NCBI GenBank assembly: GCA_951406725.2
Contig: OX597822.1
Location: 82,770,001-82,834,000, forward strand
Length of the DNA: 64,000 nucleotides
Origin: Octopus vulgaris
Lineage: Eukaryota
Direction: 5' to 3'
Under the pieces are notes generated by a model. It ran no database searches, was not told where the DNA came from, and saw nothing but the letters and a program-made list of their open reading frames with translations. Both the position numbers and the translations under genes were made by a program. This document shows positions 52,126 through 64,000 of this stretch, piece after piece. How positions within the stretch are numbered: position 1 is the first letter of the stretch; every line of letters begins with the position of its first letter.

Positions 52126-53396
52126 AGAATTGGTGCAGCTCCTGACAAATGCTTTGACGCCATTTAGTTATGTCCCTTTACATCGCAAACTGTCTTCTAT
52201 CTTTTCAGGGCTGTTAAAATAAATAGGTGTCAAACACTGGAGTCAGTTTAATTAAATGTTCTCCTTTAATATTTCTGGGATGGTTCTAATATCACTGATT
52301 AATAGAATTGTGGAGAATAGCAGAATTGATAAAATATAAGGGAAGTTGCTCGACAATATTTAGTTATGTCCCTTTACATTGAATCTCGATGGCTTTGTTT
52401 TGTGTTAAAATGTCTTATGGTATTAGTTGCACTCATTACGTTCTTAGTTCAAATTCTACTGATTTGGAGGGCCGGTAGAGTGCTAGTCAAAAACTGAAGT
52501 TAGTTGAATTGGCTAACCATCTTCTGAGGTTTCTAGCCTTGTTCCTGTCTGAGAAAAAAAAAATCATTTTGGGATCAGTAAAATAAGGAACATTTTAAAT
52601 GTTCATCAACATCAACAACCTCTGGCCATTCCTGTCTCAAGTCCTGTGTCTCATCCGGCCAATTACTGGGTTTCCATGGTGTGTAAGTGGTGAAGATCAC
52701 AGCATTGCCTCTGGATAGGATGCTAGCCTGTTGCAGGGTTTCTCATTTACCTCTGAACGAACTGGTGCTTTGCTTCAGAACACAATGTACTGCCCGGTCT
52801 GGGATTCGAAACCATGAGCTTGAGGTCGTGAGTGCAACACCCTAATCACTAGTTCACACCCATCAATTTGAATACGGGTGGGTGGTGGCAATTAAATAGA
52901 TCATACTGTTCCTCTCAAATTTGTGGTGTTGTGCTTGACTCATCAAAAGCAAGCTTTTGTAAAATTGTTGGACAAAATACCTTGTGTTTTTTCCAGTTTT
53001 CTCTATTCTGAATTTAAATCCTGCTGAGGTTAATCCTTTCACCCTTTCAGATTCAAAGGATCACTAAAGTAACTGAAATCAATCTCATTGACTAATCCCT
53101 TTCCAGATTTTAGGTGTTGTGGATCTGTTAGACACAATTGTTATTAGTCACCACTAGGACGGTGCAAAAGCCAAACTGCATGTGTAGTTTGGTTCCTCTC
53201 GCTTCTCGTTTAGATCTGCTTGTGGGGAGGGTTAAGCTTTCATCCACACTGCATCTCCTTCCTATACATGGGCCAATGTGAATTGTGTTGGTTATAAATA
53301 CAATGCAATACTGGCAACAGTACCAAAGCTGACCCATGAATCATGTTGTTTTGTACTTTATCAATTCAGCCATTGTGTTACTGTTAGATTCTAGAA

Positions 53397-53572
53397 CAGT
53401 GGTTCCCAGACTTTTTGGGGCTGCTGCCCCCTTGACACCCTGACGGATTCTTAGCACCACTAGGACGGTGCAAAACATTTTGTTGTTTTTAGATGAATCA
53501 CTCCCCCATTATTGCCCCACTTTTCTTCCACTGCACCCAGGGGGTGCAATACCACCCACTTTGGGAACGGCC
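53397..53572. mobile_element. hAT-type MITE
   Basis: CAGTGGTTCCCAGAC...CTTTGGGAAC termini after a TCTAGAA target. Confidence 0.55.
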
Positions 53573-54088
53573 TTGATGGAAGTATGATGAAAGCTGTTCT
53601 AGGATTACATTATCCAGTGTGTCCTCCCTACAAGACAGTAGGGTGCTATTTGAAGGAAGTTTTGGTACTTATGTGAGATCTCACTTCTTAAGTGTCATGT
53701 CAGTACAGTCCCATTGTGTTGTTGACATTAAGCCCTTGTGTGGCTATTACTTTACAACCATAAGTATCTCTTCATTTCAGTTTTAATTTGCTTGATTCAC
53801 TTCTAGCTGTAGATCTGTCACCGAGTCACTTATTTACCCTTTCACAGTTGCTTGTGGTGGTTTGTTGTAATTAGTGATGCTGAGAAGAGAGATGGTGTTG
53901 TTGGAGTTTAATTCTGTACTTAGTAGAAGGGGTTCTACGGGTATTTATGAAATTTGTTAGTGTCGTAATGACAGGTAGGTGCTAAGAGGGTGATTAATGG
54001 ATAGTTTATCATGTGGTTGTCATAGTTATGTGCAGAGTATTTGTTCTACTTAGCTTGGATTGTTTAGGATGTAAAGGAGGCTTATTAA

Positions 54089-54298
54089 CCCTTTAGCATT
54101 CAAATTGTTACTCTGTTTTATGTAATGCTTATTAATTCACATTGTTTTGAATTAACCCTGCATTATGTAGCTTTGAGATTTTGGTGATGTGATTGTTTAT
54201 TTTTACACTAACAGTGTAGGGTAGGTGTGAGAGGCAGGATCTGGCCAGTTTGAATATAAAGCAGGTAGAATATTTTGGCTGGTTTAAATACTAAAGGG
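54089..54298. mobile_element. piggyBac-type MITE (same family)
   Basis: TTAA|CCCTTTAGCATT...AATACTAAAGGG|TTAA. Confidence 0.75.
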
Positions 54299-56349
54299 TT
54301 AATTGTGATGTTGTTACACCTGTTCTTGTGTTATCTGCTGTTTCAGTCCGCTCAACTGGCAAAAATGAGTTGTACCTGTATTTCAAAAGGGGCCAGCCTT
54401 GTCACATTCTGTGTCACACTGAATCTCCCTGAAAACTCTGTTAAGGGTACACATGTCTGTGTAGTACTCAGCCACATGCGTGTTAATTTCACGAGCTGGC
54501 TATTCCGTTGATTGGATCAACTGGAACCCTCGTTGTCATAACTGACGGAGTGCTCCAGTTGTTTTCGTACCTTCTACTCTACAGCAATTCATATATCTGC
54601 TCTACAGCAGGGCACCTGCCCCTGTCACCCTGATCTCTCATCAGTTGGTACAAAGCCACGCTCCTCACTAATACTCCCTCCCCCCACCTGAGGGAGTTTT
54701 TGAGTTACAACTTACTCAGTGACCCTGTTGGTGCTGGTACCACATAAAAAGCACTCAGTATACTCGGGTAAAGTCGATGATGTTACGAAGGACATCCAGC
54801 TGTAGAAACCATGCCAAAACACAATTTGGGCCTGGTGCAGCCAGCTACTGTCCAACCCATGCTGGCATGGAAAACAGACATTTAATAATAATAATAATGA
54901 TGAATGTATGTAGGACTACATTATACAATGTGTCCTTTTGTTTTAAAACAGTGGCTTATAATTTGAGTGAGATTTGGCTGCTATTTCTAGCTGTTTGAAC
55001 AACCATATAAATGTTCTTTTGCTGTATATGGTGAGGTAAATGTTACATGAAGCTTTCTCAGTTCCATAATGTTTCCTTGGGTCATTAGGGTTGCGTGTGG
55101 GTTATTCACTTATTCTTGTTGTTTATTCTTTTACTCGTTTCAGTCATTTGATTGCAGCATTACCTTGGAGTGTTTTAATTGAACGAATCAACTCCAGGAC
55201 TTATTTTTTATGCCCAGTATTTATTCTGTTGGTCTCTTTTGCCAGACCACTAAGTTATGGGGGCATAAACACCAACACCGGTTGTCAAGCGGTGATGTGG
55301 GGACAAACAGATGTTATTAATCATTAAAAAAGTGTATGCTATACATCTGGTGGTTTGCTGGTAAAGCATGTTCACTGGTTTAGTGTTTTTTAGGTATTTA
55401 ATTAATGAGAGGGAGATGGAAGATATAAGAATCTTTATTGATCATTACAATTGTTTAGACCCATCACCCCAGCTGTTCAGTATCCCACCCACGAGAGATA
55501 ATGCTAGATGGGTCAAAACAGTTGACGTGATCAATAAAGATTCTCGTATCTTCCATCTTCTGTCTCATTAATCAAATATATATCATTGCTATTCTGTTAA
55601 ACTGCCATATGTCCAAATTTGACCAAATGCTTGCAATAGCCAGTTCTTTTGGTCAAGCTATCATATCTCCAGCTGTTTCAGATGCCAAGATATGAAAATT
55701 ATCAAAGTGTAGTACAATGGTTTAGCATTTTTCAAAAGTGTAGTAAGTCCCACATACGACAGTTTTGCAAAAATATTTCCAACTGAAAACATACATGCAT
55801 GGAGTTGCGATGTTATGCACCCAACAAAGTATTATTCTAACTCTTATATCAGTGTAAATCCTGAATATATCTATGTATAATTCGATTTACATTAATAAAG
55901 ATAAGTTTAACACATTAAATTAATGCATAACATCTTCATGAACGCCCCACTGAATTTAGAATATTTATATTACTCATGCGGTATTCTGTATTTTTCAGCT
56001 AGAGTGTAGTTGGGTCTCAAGGGGGTGGTACAAACCTAGCAATATGTGTTTTATAGAGAAAACAAAATTTCCATTCAAATGGCAATTACCAGATGATTTC
56101 TGTTCGAGTCTAACCGTTTTAAGCCATAGTGGGAATGCGACAAATGTCGCAAATAGGCATATGAATATTGTTTAAATTTTATAATCGACAAATTTATTAT
56201 ATTTTGTACATACGAGCATACCAGCCTGTGGGTGTAGTAAAATGGGTCTTGTGGGTGCAATTGCTCCCCAGGTGGGGGTTTCCCCACCCAGGAGTTTTAA
56301 GTGTTACAAGGGAGATAATGCTAGCACTTGCATCTTCTCATGTTATGAA

Positions 56350-56466
56350 GCATGGCCATGTAGTTAAGCACATCGTTCCAGGTTCAGTCCCACTGCGTGG
56401 CACTTTGGGCAAGTGTCTTCTACTATAGCCTCGGAGTGTATTTTGTAGACAGAAACTGAAAGAAGC

Positions 56467-56539
<73 letters not shown>

Positions 56540-56750
56540 TGTATGTATGTGTATATGTTTGTGTGTTTGTCCCCTCAACATTGCTTGACAACTGATGCTG
56601 GTGTGTTTATGTCCCCATAACTTAGCGGTTCAGCAAAAGAGACCGATTGAATAAGTGCTAGGCTTACAAAGAATAAGTCCTGGGGTCGATTTTCTCGACT
56701 AAAGCCAGTGCTCCAGCATGGCTGCAGTCAAATGCCTGAAACAAATAAAG
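56350..56750 (+). mobile_element. SINE family A with internal (TA)n expansion
   Basis: GGTTCAGTCCCACTGCGTGGCACTTTGGGCAAGTGTC head, (TA)n at ~56473-56537, family tail. Confidence 0.85.
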
Positions 56751-57507
56751 GAATTGGTTTCAAATGTTTCCAGCAGATCAGAAACTAGTATTCTGATCTC
56801 CCTTAAATCAGGTACCAACAGCTGAGTGCACCCAGTTTTCATGCACTTTCTGGTACCCAAAGTGTTGTATCATGTTGGAATGAAGTGTGGCCACACTGCA
56901 TTTGTGCAGCAAGCTCATTGTCAGTTTGTCCTCTTGTCAGTGGTTGCAGTCGATGGTCTCTCATTGCATCGTTTCCCCCTATTTTAAACTTATTAATCCA
57001 CCTTTGCACATTGTTCTTATCAGTGGTGTTATCTCTTTAAACTGCATGTCGCCTTCTGTAGATGTTGAATAGTCTGCGCCCTGCCTTCCATAAGAAATCA
57101 ATGATACCATGTTGTTTTTGCTTGGAACCCACAATTTGCCTGCAATTGAAAAGGATAAGTAGCAAGGTTACTCTGCTGACATGTGCAGTTTGAATTATCA
57201 ATGTTAGTTAATATGAAAACAGTAATGCCTTTCTTTGCATTACTTTCAGTACAGCCCTCAAATGCATGTGTATTAAGTGGGAATGGCAAAAATTGGTTTG
57301 TTGAACTCTGACTTATGTCCATTTATACCAATTTGTTTTTTTTGTTTCTTCTTGCCCATCATGGTTGATAAAATAAGAACCCGATAAAGTTAACCAATCA
57401 AAGCCCTTGAAAGTGGTTCTCCCATAATAGTGACAGTTGAATGTCTAAAACCTATAAAATGATAAAAGGTTGCTGATTTCAGCTTCTTGTATTTTATACC
57501 GACTTAA

Positions 57508-57728
57508 CCCTTTCATTACCAATCCGGCTGAAACCACCTATGGCTCTGTAGTACAAATGTCTTGTTTTCATAAGTTCTGAATTAAAATCTTCCACCAAAC
57601 CTTAGTCACAATTTATGTTCCTAACACGAGCTGAATGATAACCAAGTTATTTTACTAAATTCTTTGTTATATTTAAAGTAATTGAAAGAAACACAGAGCA
57701 TCTCAACAGAAATACAGTATTGAAAGGG
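57508..57728. mobile_element. piggyBac-type MITE (second family)
   Basis: TTAA|CCCTTTCATTAC...GTATTGAAAGGG|TTAA. Confidence 0.75.
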
Positions 57729-57957
57729 TTAATATAAGGCTTTTATGAACTTGCCGTCTTCCTCATTTGTCCATTCATGGGTCTTCTCGAAACAGTAAAT
57801 TTAGTTCTCTTTTCTGTGGTGACTTTCATTACTCTTCTTTATAGATTTATAAAAATACTGCCAGTAAACTAGAATGCCTTTTGGAAATTACTTTGTTAAG
57901 TGCAAGTTGTTGCAGTAAACATGAGATTCTGCTCAGTGAAAAGGTTTGCTGTTGAAC

Positions 57958-58270
57958 CGTGGTTCTCAACCAGGGTCCATTTGACCCCTGGGGGTTCATA
58001 TAAGATTTCTGGGGTCCATGTAAACAAAATAGTAAATTAGGGATCCACAGTAGTATATTAAGGGTCCATGAAAAACTTTGATTTAGATATGTTTATTGCA
58101 AGAAACAACTAGGTTTTTTTTTCCTCTGTTTTATTTAGTTCAACCTACATGAGTGAATGTGGGAATTTCGAAAGAGGTATCTAACATTGAATAGCTATAG
58201 GGGTTCACTAGAATAAAATAGTAATCAAAGGGGATCATGCATAAGAAAAAAAAAATGTTTGAGAACCATT
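57958..58270. mobile_element. hAT-type MITE
   Basis: GTGGTTCTCAACC...TTTGAGAACCAT inverted termini. Confidence 0.65.
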
Positions 58271-59578
58271 TTTGTTGTAGAGTCTATACATTGGTGACAT
58301 GATTGCAGTGACTCAATGTCGTTTAATGTGCAAAAATAGTGGTGCAACTTGAATAGTGATGGTTTGTGTAACTGTGGTTTTATGGTGTGTCTTGAGCTTT
58401 GACTGTGTCCACATGGAAAACCGAGGTAAAAATTGGGCTTGGTTATATTGTCAAATAGCTTTATAGGACTGTGTATTTTGTACTAGTTCTAACCAGAAAC
58501 TTTTTTTTTCTCAGGGTAGATGTGAGAGATATCTTCAGTTATATATTTTAATGATATCGATGAAAATATATTTAAAAGTCCCTGAACATTTGTGAGGAAA
58601 TGGTGCTCACTTTTTAGTTTTTAAAGTACTAAGTAGATGGAATAGAGCTTTTTCTGGTTAGGTCATCAATCTATTTAGTTTGAAATTTGAAAAATATATG
58701 GTATTTATTGCTTGCAGTTAATTCCACAATACATAGGTTTTTTTCACTGCTCATAACATATATACGCAATAGATAGACATTAACAGTGCATGATCTTGTA
58801 GTCCAACACCTTATCATCAGATAGGACATTTTACCTTTACTTTGAAGTTTAGTCTGCATCAGGTAAGAAGTATATGAAATAAAGAAAAAATATTTTAGGG
58901 AAACTTAAGTACATGTGGTACATTGTCCAGAAGCAGTATTATTAATAATAATAAATATTTTTAACATAAGTTCAAAAAGAAATTTTTTGGTGTTGATTTT
59001 GATTATATTGACTCTGGAGGAGCTGGAATTATCATCTTCATCATTTAATGTCCATATTCCATGCTGGCATGGGTTGGACAGTCTCACAGGATCCAATGGG
59101 TGCAAGGACTACATTGTGTTCCGCTGTTTACTTTAGCATTTCCCCCACAACTGATTGCGCTTCCTAACACCAACCACTTTGCAACTTTGACTGGGTGTTG
59201 TTTTTTCATGCCACCAGTACTTGTGTGGTTGCCATGCAGCTTACAAGACTATGAACACCAAGGGGCTAACTTTATGCAAGGAAAGGGGTCAAGTATGAGA
59301 GAAAAGGGCCAAAGCAGAAGAGGAGTTACATGGTTATGATTTAGAAGAGAGGAGAATGAAAGTGATTGGATGGCACTGGAAAATGGTGAAAATGGTAATG
59401 TTGAGGTGTGAGGGTCGACCTTAACGAGTCATCGTATGAGGTGGGCAGGAGTAAATGTTGATAAGCATTCTGATGCTAATAATTCTGCCAGTGTATTTTG
59501 TCACCACATTTATAGATCCTGACAGGTTTCCTCCAGTTTTCACATAAAAGCAACACTCAAACCTCTCCTTTCAACTCT

Positions 59579-60076
59579 TTACCCTTTCCCACATCCCTTT
59601 TCTTACTCTTTCCCACATCCCCTTTCTTACCCTTTCCCACATCCCCTTTCTTACCCTTTCCCACATCCCTTTTCTTACCCTTTCCCACATCCCCTTTCTT
59701 ACCCTTTCCCACATCCCTTTTCTTACTCTTCCCCACATCCCTTTTCTTAATCTTCCCCACATCCCTTTTCTTACTTTTTCCCACATCCCCTTTCTTACCC
59801 TTTCCCACATCCCCTTTCTTACCCTTTCCCACATCCCTTTTCTTACCCTTTCCCACATCCCTTTTCTTACCCTTTCCCACATCCCTTTTCTTACCCTTTC
59901 CCACATCCCTTTTCTTACCCTTTCCCACATCCCTTTTCTTGCCCTTTCCCACATCCCTTTTCTTACCCTTTCCCCACATCCCTTTTCTTACCCTTTCCCA
60001 CATCCCTTTTCTTACTCTTTCCCACATCCCTTTTCTTACCCTTTCCCCACATCCCTTTTCTTACCCTTTCCTCATC
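59579..60076. repeat. 24-bp pyrimidine-rich minisatellite (~20 copies)
   Basis: unit TTACCCTTTCCCACATCCCTTTTC with minor variants. Confidence 0.97.
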
Positions 60077-60536
60077 TTTTGCTTGGTTTTCTCTGTTTGT
60101 GTGTGCCAAATGCTTCCTTGCTTTCATTTCTTTGTAGGCAAATAGTCCAGACAATTTTGTGCTGCTTTTTCCATGATTGACATTTCATTTGCTACACATT
60201 GATTGTTTTGCTCATGATTTCCTGTTTAAATTGTTCTTTTTTTTATTTAGTATATTGCATGGTAGATGCCAAGTTTAAAATGGAAGATGCACAAGATATA
60301 TTCTGATAGACTGTTTCACAAAAACTGATTATAAAAACGAGCGCATAACATATTTCAATTTTAATTCTATCTTTCCACCATGTGAGAATAGACCTGATAA
60401 TTTCTTAAGCACTTAGCTGTGAGGTATGTTGTGTGCAGATATTTTGTTAGATGAATCGAGACACAAAGTAAACAGAGTTATGTACCTTTCCTAGGGTATG
60501 ATTAGTACTTGACCTGCATTAAAGTTTGAGCTTGTG

Positions 60537-60587
<51 letters not shown>

Positions 60588-60596
60588 AGTGTGTTG

Positions 60597-60917
60597 AAGG
60601 CACATGGCTTAGTGGTTAGGGGATTCGGCTCATGATTGTAAGGTCGTGAGTTCAATTCCTGGTGGTGCATTGAGTCCTTGAGCAAGACACTTTATTTCAT
60701 GTTGCTCCAGTCCACTCAGCTGGCAAAAATGAGTAGTACCTGTATTTGAAAGGGCCAGCCTTGTCACACTCTGTGTCACACTGAATTTCCCCGAGAACTA
60801 CATCAAAGGTGCATGTGTCTGTGCAGTGCTCAACCACTTGCACATTAATTTCACGAGCAAGCTGGTCTGTTGATCGTATCAGCTGGGACCCTCGTTGTCG
60901 TAACTGACAGAGTGCTC
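60597..60917 (+). mobile_element. tRNA-SINE family C variant
   Basis: TGGCTTAGTGG A box, GAGTTCAATTCC B box, TTGAGCAAGACACTTTATTTC core (also at 32412-32747), family tail. Confidence 0.8.
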
Positions 60918-61640
60918 CTTTATGTGTGTGTGTATATAAAATCGTAATCTAATATATAATATAAAAAAAAATAAGCGAAACACAGGCACATGAATGAGTT
61001 AGAGGCAGATTTATTTCTGCCTTTATAGCATATAAAGAAAATGTTGTAGGAATGTACGCAGCACATGTACTACTTAATACTGAGATTGAAAAGCAGGGGC
61101 GAATTTATGCCTACCTAATCTACCAAAATATAAAATATTTTGCATTTTATGCACAATAATCAGAGTAACCTTCATAATTTTATTAAATTAGGTGCATATT
61201 TTGCCATAAAACAAAGATGTTACTATCGATCTATTTCATTCAGGGTAGGCACTGTCTACCTTGCCTACCCAGGCGGTACGTCCCTGATACATACATATAT
61301 GTTTGTGTATGTATACACACACACACAACGGGCCTCTTTTTGTTTCCATCTACCAAATCCACTCTCAAGGTTTTGGTTAGCCGGGTGCTGTAGCAGGTGC
61401 CATGCAGTGGGACTGAACTCAAACCCCATCCACCAAAAAGTGAATAACTTTACTACTGTAAGTGGAACAAGTTCAATAAAAAAAATGCTATGAATGAGCA
61501 GAAACAGGAGAAAATATGGTTCTGTTTTTCTGTACATTGGAATTCAAATCTTACTGAGATTAACTTTGAATTATCCTTCTTGAAGTCTATTAAATTGATA
61601 GCAGGAATATAGTGGGGTCCATCCATTCAACATATCTCTT

Positions 61641-62101
61641 GATTAGAAAAATTACTATTTTTAAATCTCACAATGAAAGATATTCAGTAACAGTACTTTG
61701 TAGTAAAGATTGTTTGCCAACATAACAATGGTAGTTCTAGTTTATGACTAATGTTGCTGTAATTTAGCCTCAGGAGACATCGTCTCCAGCTGGCTATATG
61801 ACACAATCTGTTAAAAAATAGTAATTTTCTAATCTATAAATCAGTGACTAGTTGTCACTTTGAAAACTATATATTTCAAACGGGAATTTGGCAGCACCAC
61901 CTCTAACCGAACTATTGTTCTGTGCTGATGAAGGGAAATAACCCGGAAATCGCGATACACAGATATTGTTTTGAGCTGAGTGGGGGTGCTAGATTCCCTT
62001 GTTCAAGCCAGCTGGAGATGATGTCTCCTGGGGCTAAATTACAGCAACATTAGTCCTAAACCAGGACTGCCATGTTATGTTGGCAAACAACCTTTACTAC
62101 A
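61641..62101. mobile_element. Penelope-like pLTR remnant with ~96-bp inverted repeats
   Basis: 61699-61795 is the reverse complement of 62006-62101 (a few mismatches); 61641-61664 inverts 61811-61834; hammerhead motif between the long arms. Confidence 0.6.
61919..61963 (+). ncRNA. minimal type-I hammerhead ribozyme-like motif (Penelope-type)
   Basis: TCTGTG-CTGATGA-A-GGG(AAATAA)CCC-G-GAAA-TCGCGA-TA-CACAGA: 6-bp stem I, palindromic stem III ATCGCGAT, AUA triplet. Confidence 0.7.
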
Positions 62102-62149
62102 TTATATCTCTTCCCTTACAAATTAGTAACCTCGTGACAAATGTAGACT

Positions 62150-62460
62150 TAAGTTCATTTTGCATCCACGTGGTTTTGAGTTCTGTTCCACTGCATGGCA
62201 CCTCAGACAAGTGTCTTCCACTGTAGCCCTTGACCAACCAATTTCCTTGGGAGCAAATTTGTAAGATGGAAACTGTGGAAGTCCACCATGTGTGTATTTG
62301 TGTGTGTTTCTTTACGTCCCCATAACTTGGTGGTTCGGCAAGGGAGACTGATAGAGTAAGTGCCAGACTTGCTAAGTACTGGGGATGATTTAGTCAATTT
62401 GTTCAAAAATCCCTCCAGGTGGTGCCCCAGCATAGCCATACCTTCTATAACTGAAGGCGG
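62150..62460 (+). mobile_element. SINE family A, decayed
   Basis: similarity to other family A copies; further copies at 1-85(-), 36770-36935(-), 55130-55310(-), 61310-61460(-). Confidence 0.7.
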
Positions 62461-64000
62461 TAGAAATAGCAGTGCCATGTTATTTTTCAGTTTTTAGTTT
62501 CGTATATCTTTTAGTACTTTCAGGGTTTGTGAAATATGCATAAGTGAGATCCTGGAATCTGCTCAGTGATCTCTGATTCTTCTCTCTGGAACTCTGTAGA
62601 GAATCATTATTGTCCTTGAATATATTGTTAGCATAGAATAGAAGCAAACTGCTGGTGAGCCTAGACTGTCTGAGACTCTTTCACTGGAACCATTATAGTT
62701 GTTTCTGATGAATACCAAGAAGAAAAGCATGCCTTGCCATGCAGTCTTAATTTCCTTTCTCGGTGATTCTAAACCCACATTCCTCCAATATAATGAATCA
62801 ATATTATATAGGATCACATTATGCCATAGATTTATTTTAGTTCTGAGTCATAATTGATTTTATTGCTTATCAAAAGTCTATCTAAGGATAATACATCTTT
62901 TGTATAGCATCCATTTTATACTAAATATTGATTTGAAGTGGTATTTTTTGCTGTGTATTTTTTCCCTTCATAAATTAAAATTTTCCTTTTTTTTAAAAAA
63001 AAAAAAAATTGTGCACAATGTAACATTTTGATTTTTTTTCTATTTTTCTAATTTTTAAAAAATTTAATTTTCAATTTCACAAATCAGATCATTTCAACCA
63101 CTCATCCGTTCTTCCTTAATGTTTAAGCAGAAAAATAATCTTCGCATTTTAAATAGTTATTTCACACATTAGATAGACTTCAATATCTGGTACTGATATC
63201 TGCTAATTCTCCACATGAACATATTAAATGCAAGAAGGCTTCATGGGTATATTTACATGAAAGACAATGTTCTGTAATAGTCTAATCTTGACAGCTGTTT
63301 CGGGTGAACCATGGCAAATGCCATAATCACATGATAAAGATTCATAATGTTGTAGGTGTATGGAGTAACACGAGTTCTTGTAGATGCACGAAACAATGTC
63401 TTGTCACTTGCAGATTTTTGCTAATGTGTGTTTGTGTGTAATATATATCTATATCTATATATCTGTCTCACAAGATACTTGTAAGTGGAATTTGGATGCT
63501 TTGGAAAATCATTGTGGAAATGTTTGTGTTTACATTGTTCCATAACCTGTGAGACACAGTGGACGGAAATCGATAAAATAAGTAACCAAATTATAATTAG
63601 TATTGGTAGATTTATGGGTGTAATAAAGTAAGTACTTGAAGGCAGTGCTGTAGCATGGCCTCAGCTGAATGTCTGAAATTAGTAAGATAATTGTAAAACT
63701 AATAAAGTTTTGCTTTAAAATACTTCTTGGTATTAAAGCTGAAAGAATGTATGTTTTCTTGAACCTGGAAGAAATTTTAATGGAATCTACATAGAAGCCT
63801 AAGTTTGTGCTTTGTTCTGGAGAATTTAACAAATAAGACTAGATATACTGTTTAAACTATAAATCTAGTTGTCTGCTATTGAAGCTAGTTGTGTGCCTTT
63901 CCTTTGAGAAAGTCTTCCCTCTAGAATACTAGAAAAATCTAGTTTAAATCCAGACTAATTTTCTTTTCTCTAATCCTAAATATTTATTTTAATTACAACT

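Noticed and set aside
59557-60154. ORFs with GKGKKRDV / MWERVRKG repeats
   Set aside because: Translations of a 24-bp stop-free minisatellite; no splice or gene context.
46640-64000. Downstream exons of the second gene
   Set aside because: Candidate acceptors (e.g. ~58514) lead to early stops or repeats; no supportable exon was found, so the intron probably extends beyond the window.

Overview
AT-rich, repeat-dense eukaryotic DNA; the SINE families and microsatellites suggest a cephalopod (Octopus-like) genome. The window holds 11 coding exons (6171-24748, + strand) of an AMP-activated protein kinase gamma subunit gene (PRKAG/SNF4Agamma, four CBS motifs). Its 5' exons lie upstream of the window, and a probable long 3'UTR follows. 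A CpG-retaining intergenic/promoter domain (~38.4-52.2 kb) contains Gypsy and LINE relics and the first coding exon (46480-46635) of a second + strand gene with a Gln/Pro-rich N-terminus, possibly SMARCD/BAF60; its first intron appears to run past the window end. The rest is tRNA-derived SINEs, hAT and piggyBac-type MITEs, a Tc1 relic, LINE fragments and mini/microsatellites. The most interesting signal is three minimal type-I hammerhead-ribozyme folds of the Penelope-like kind (11146, 21680, 61919). All three are intronic, sense-oriented and tied to fold-back inverted duplications, and one is fused behind a tRNA-derived Pol III SINE head. All calls were made by eye; repeat boundaries are approximate.
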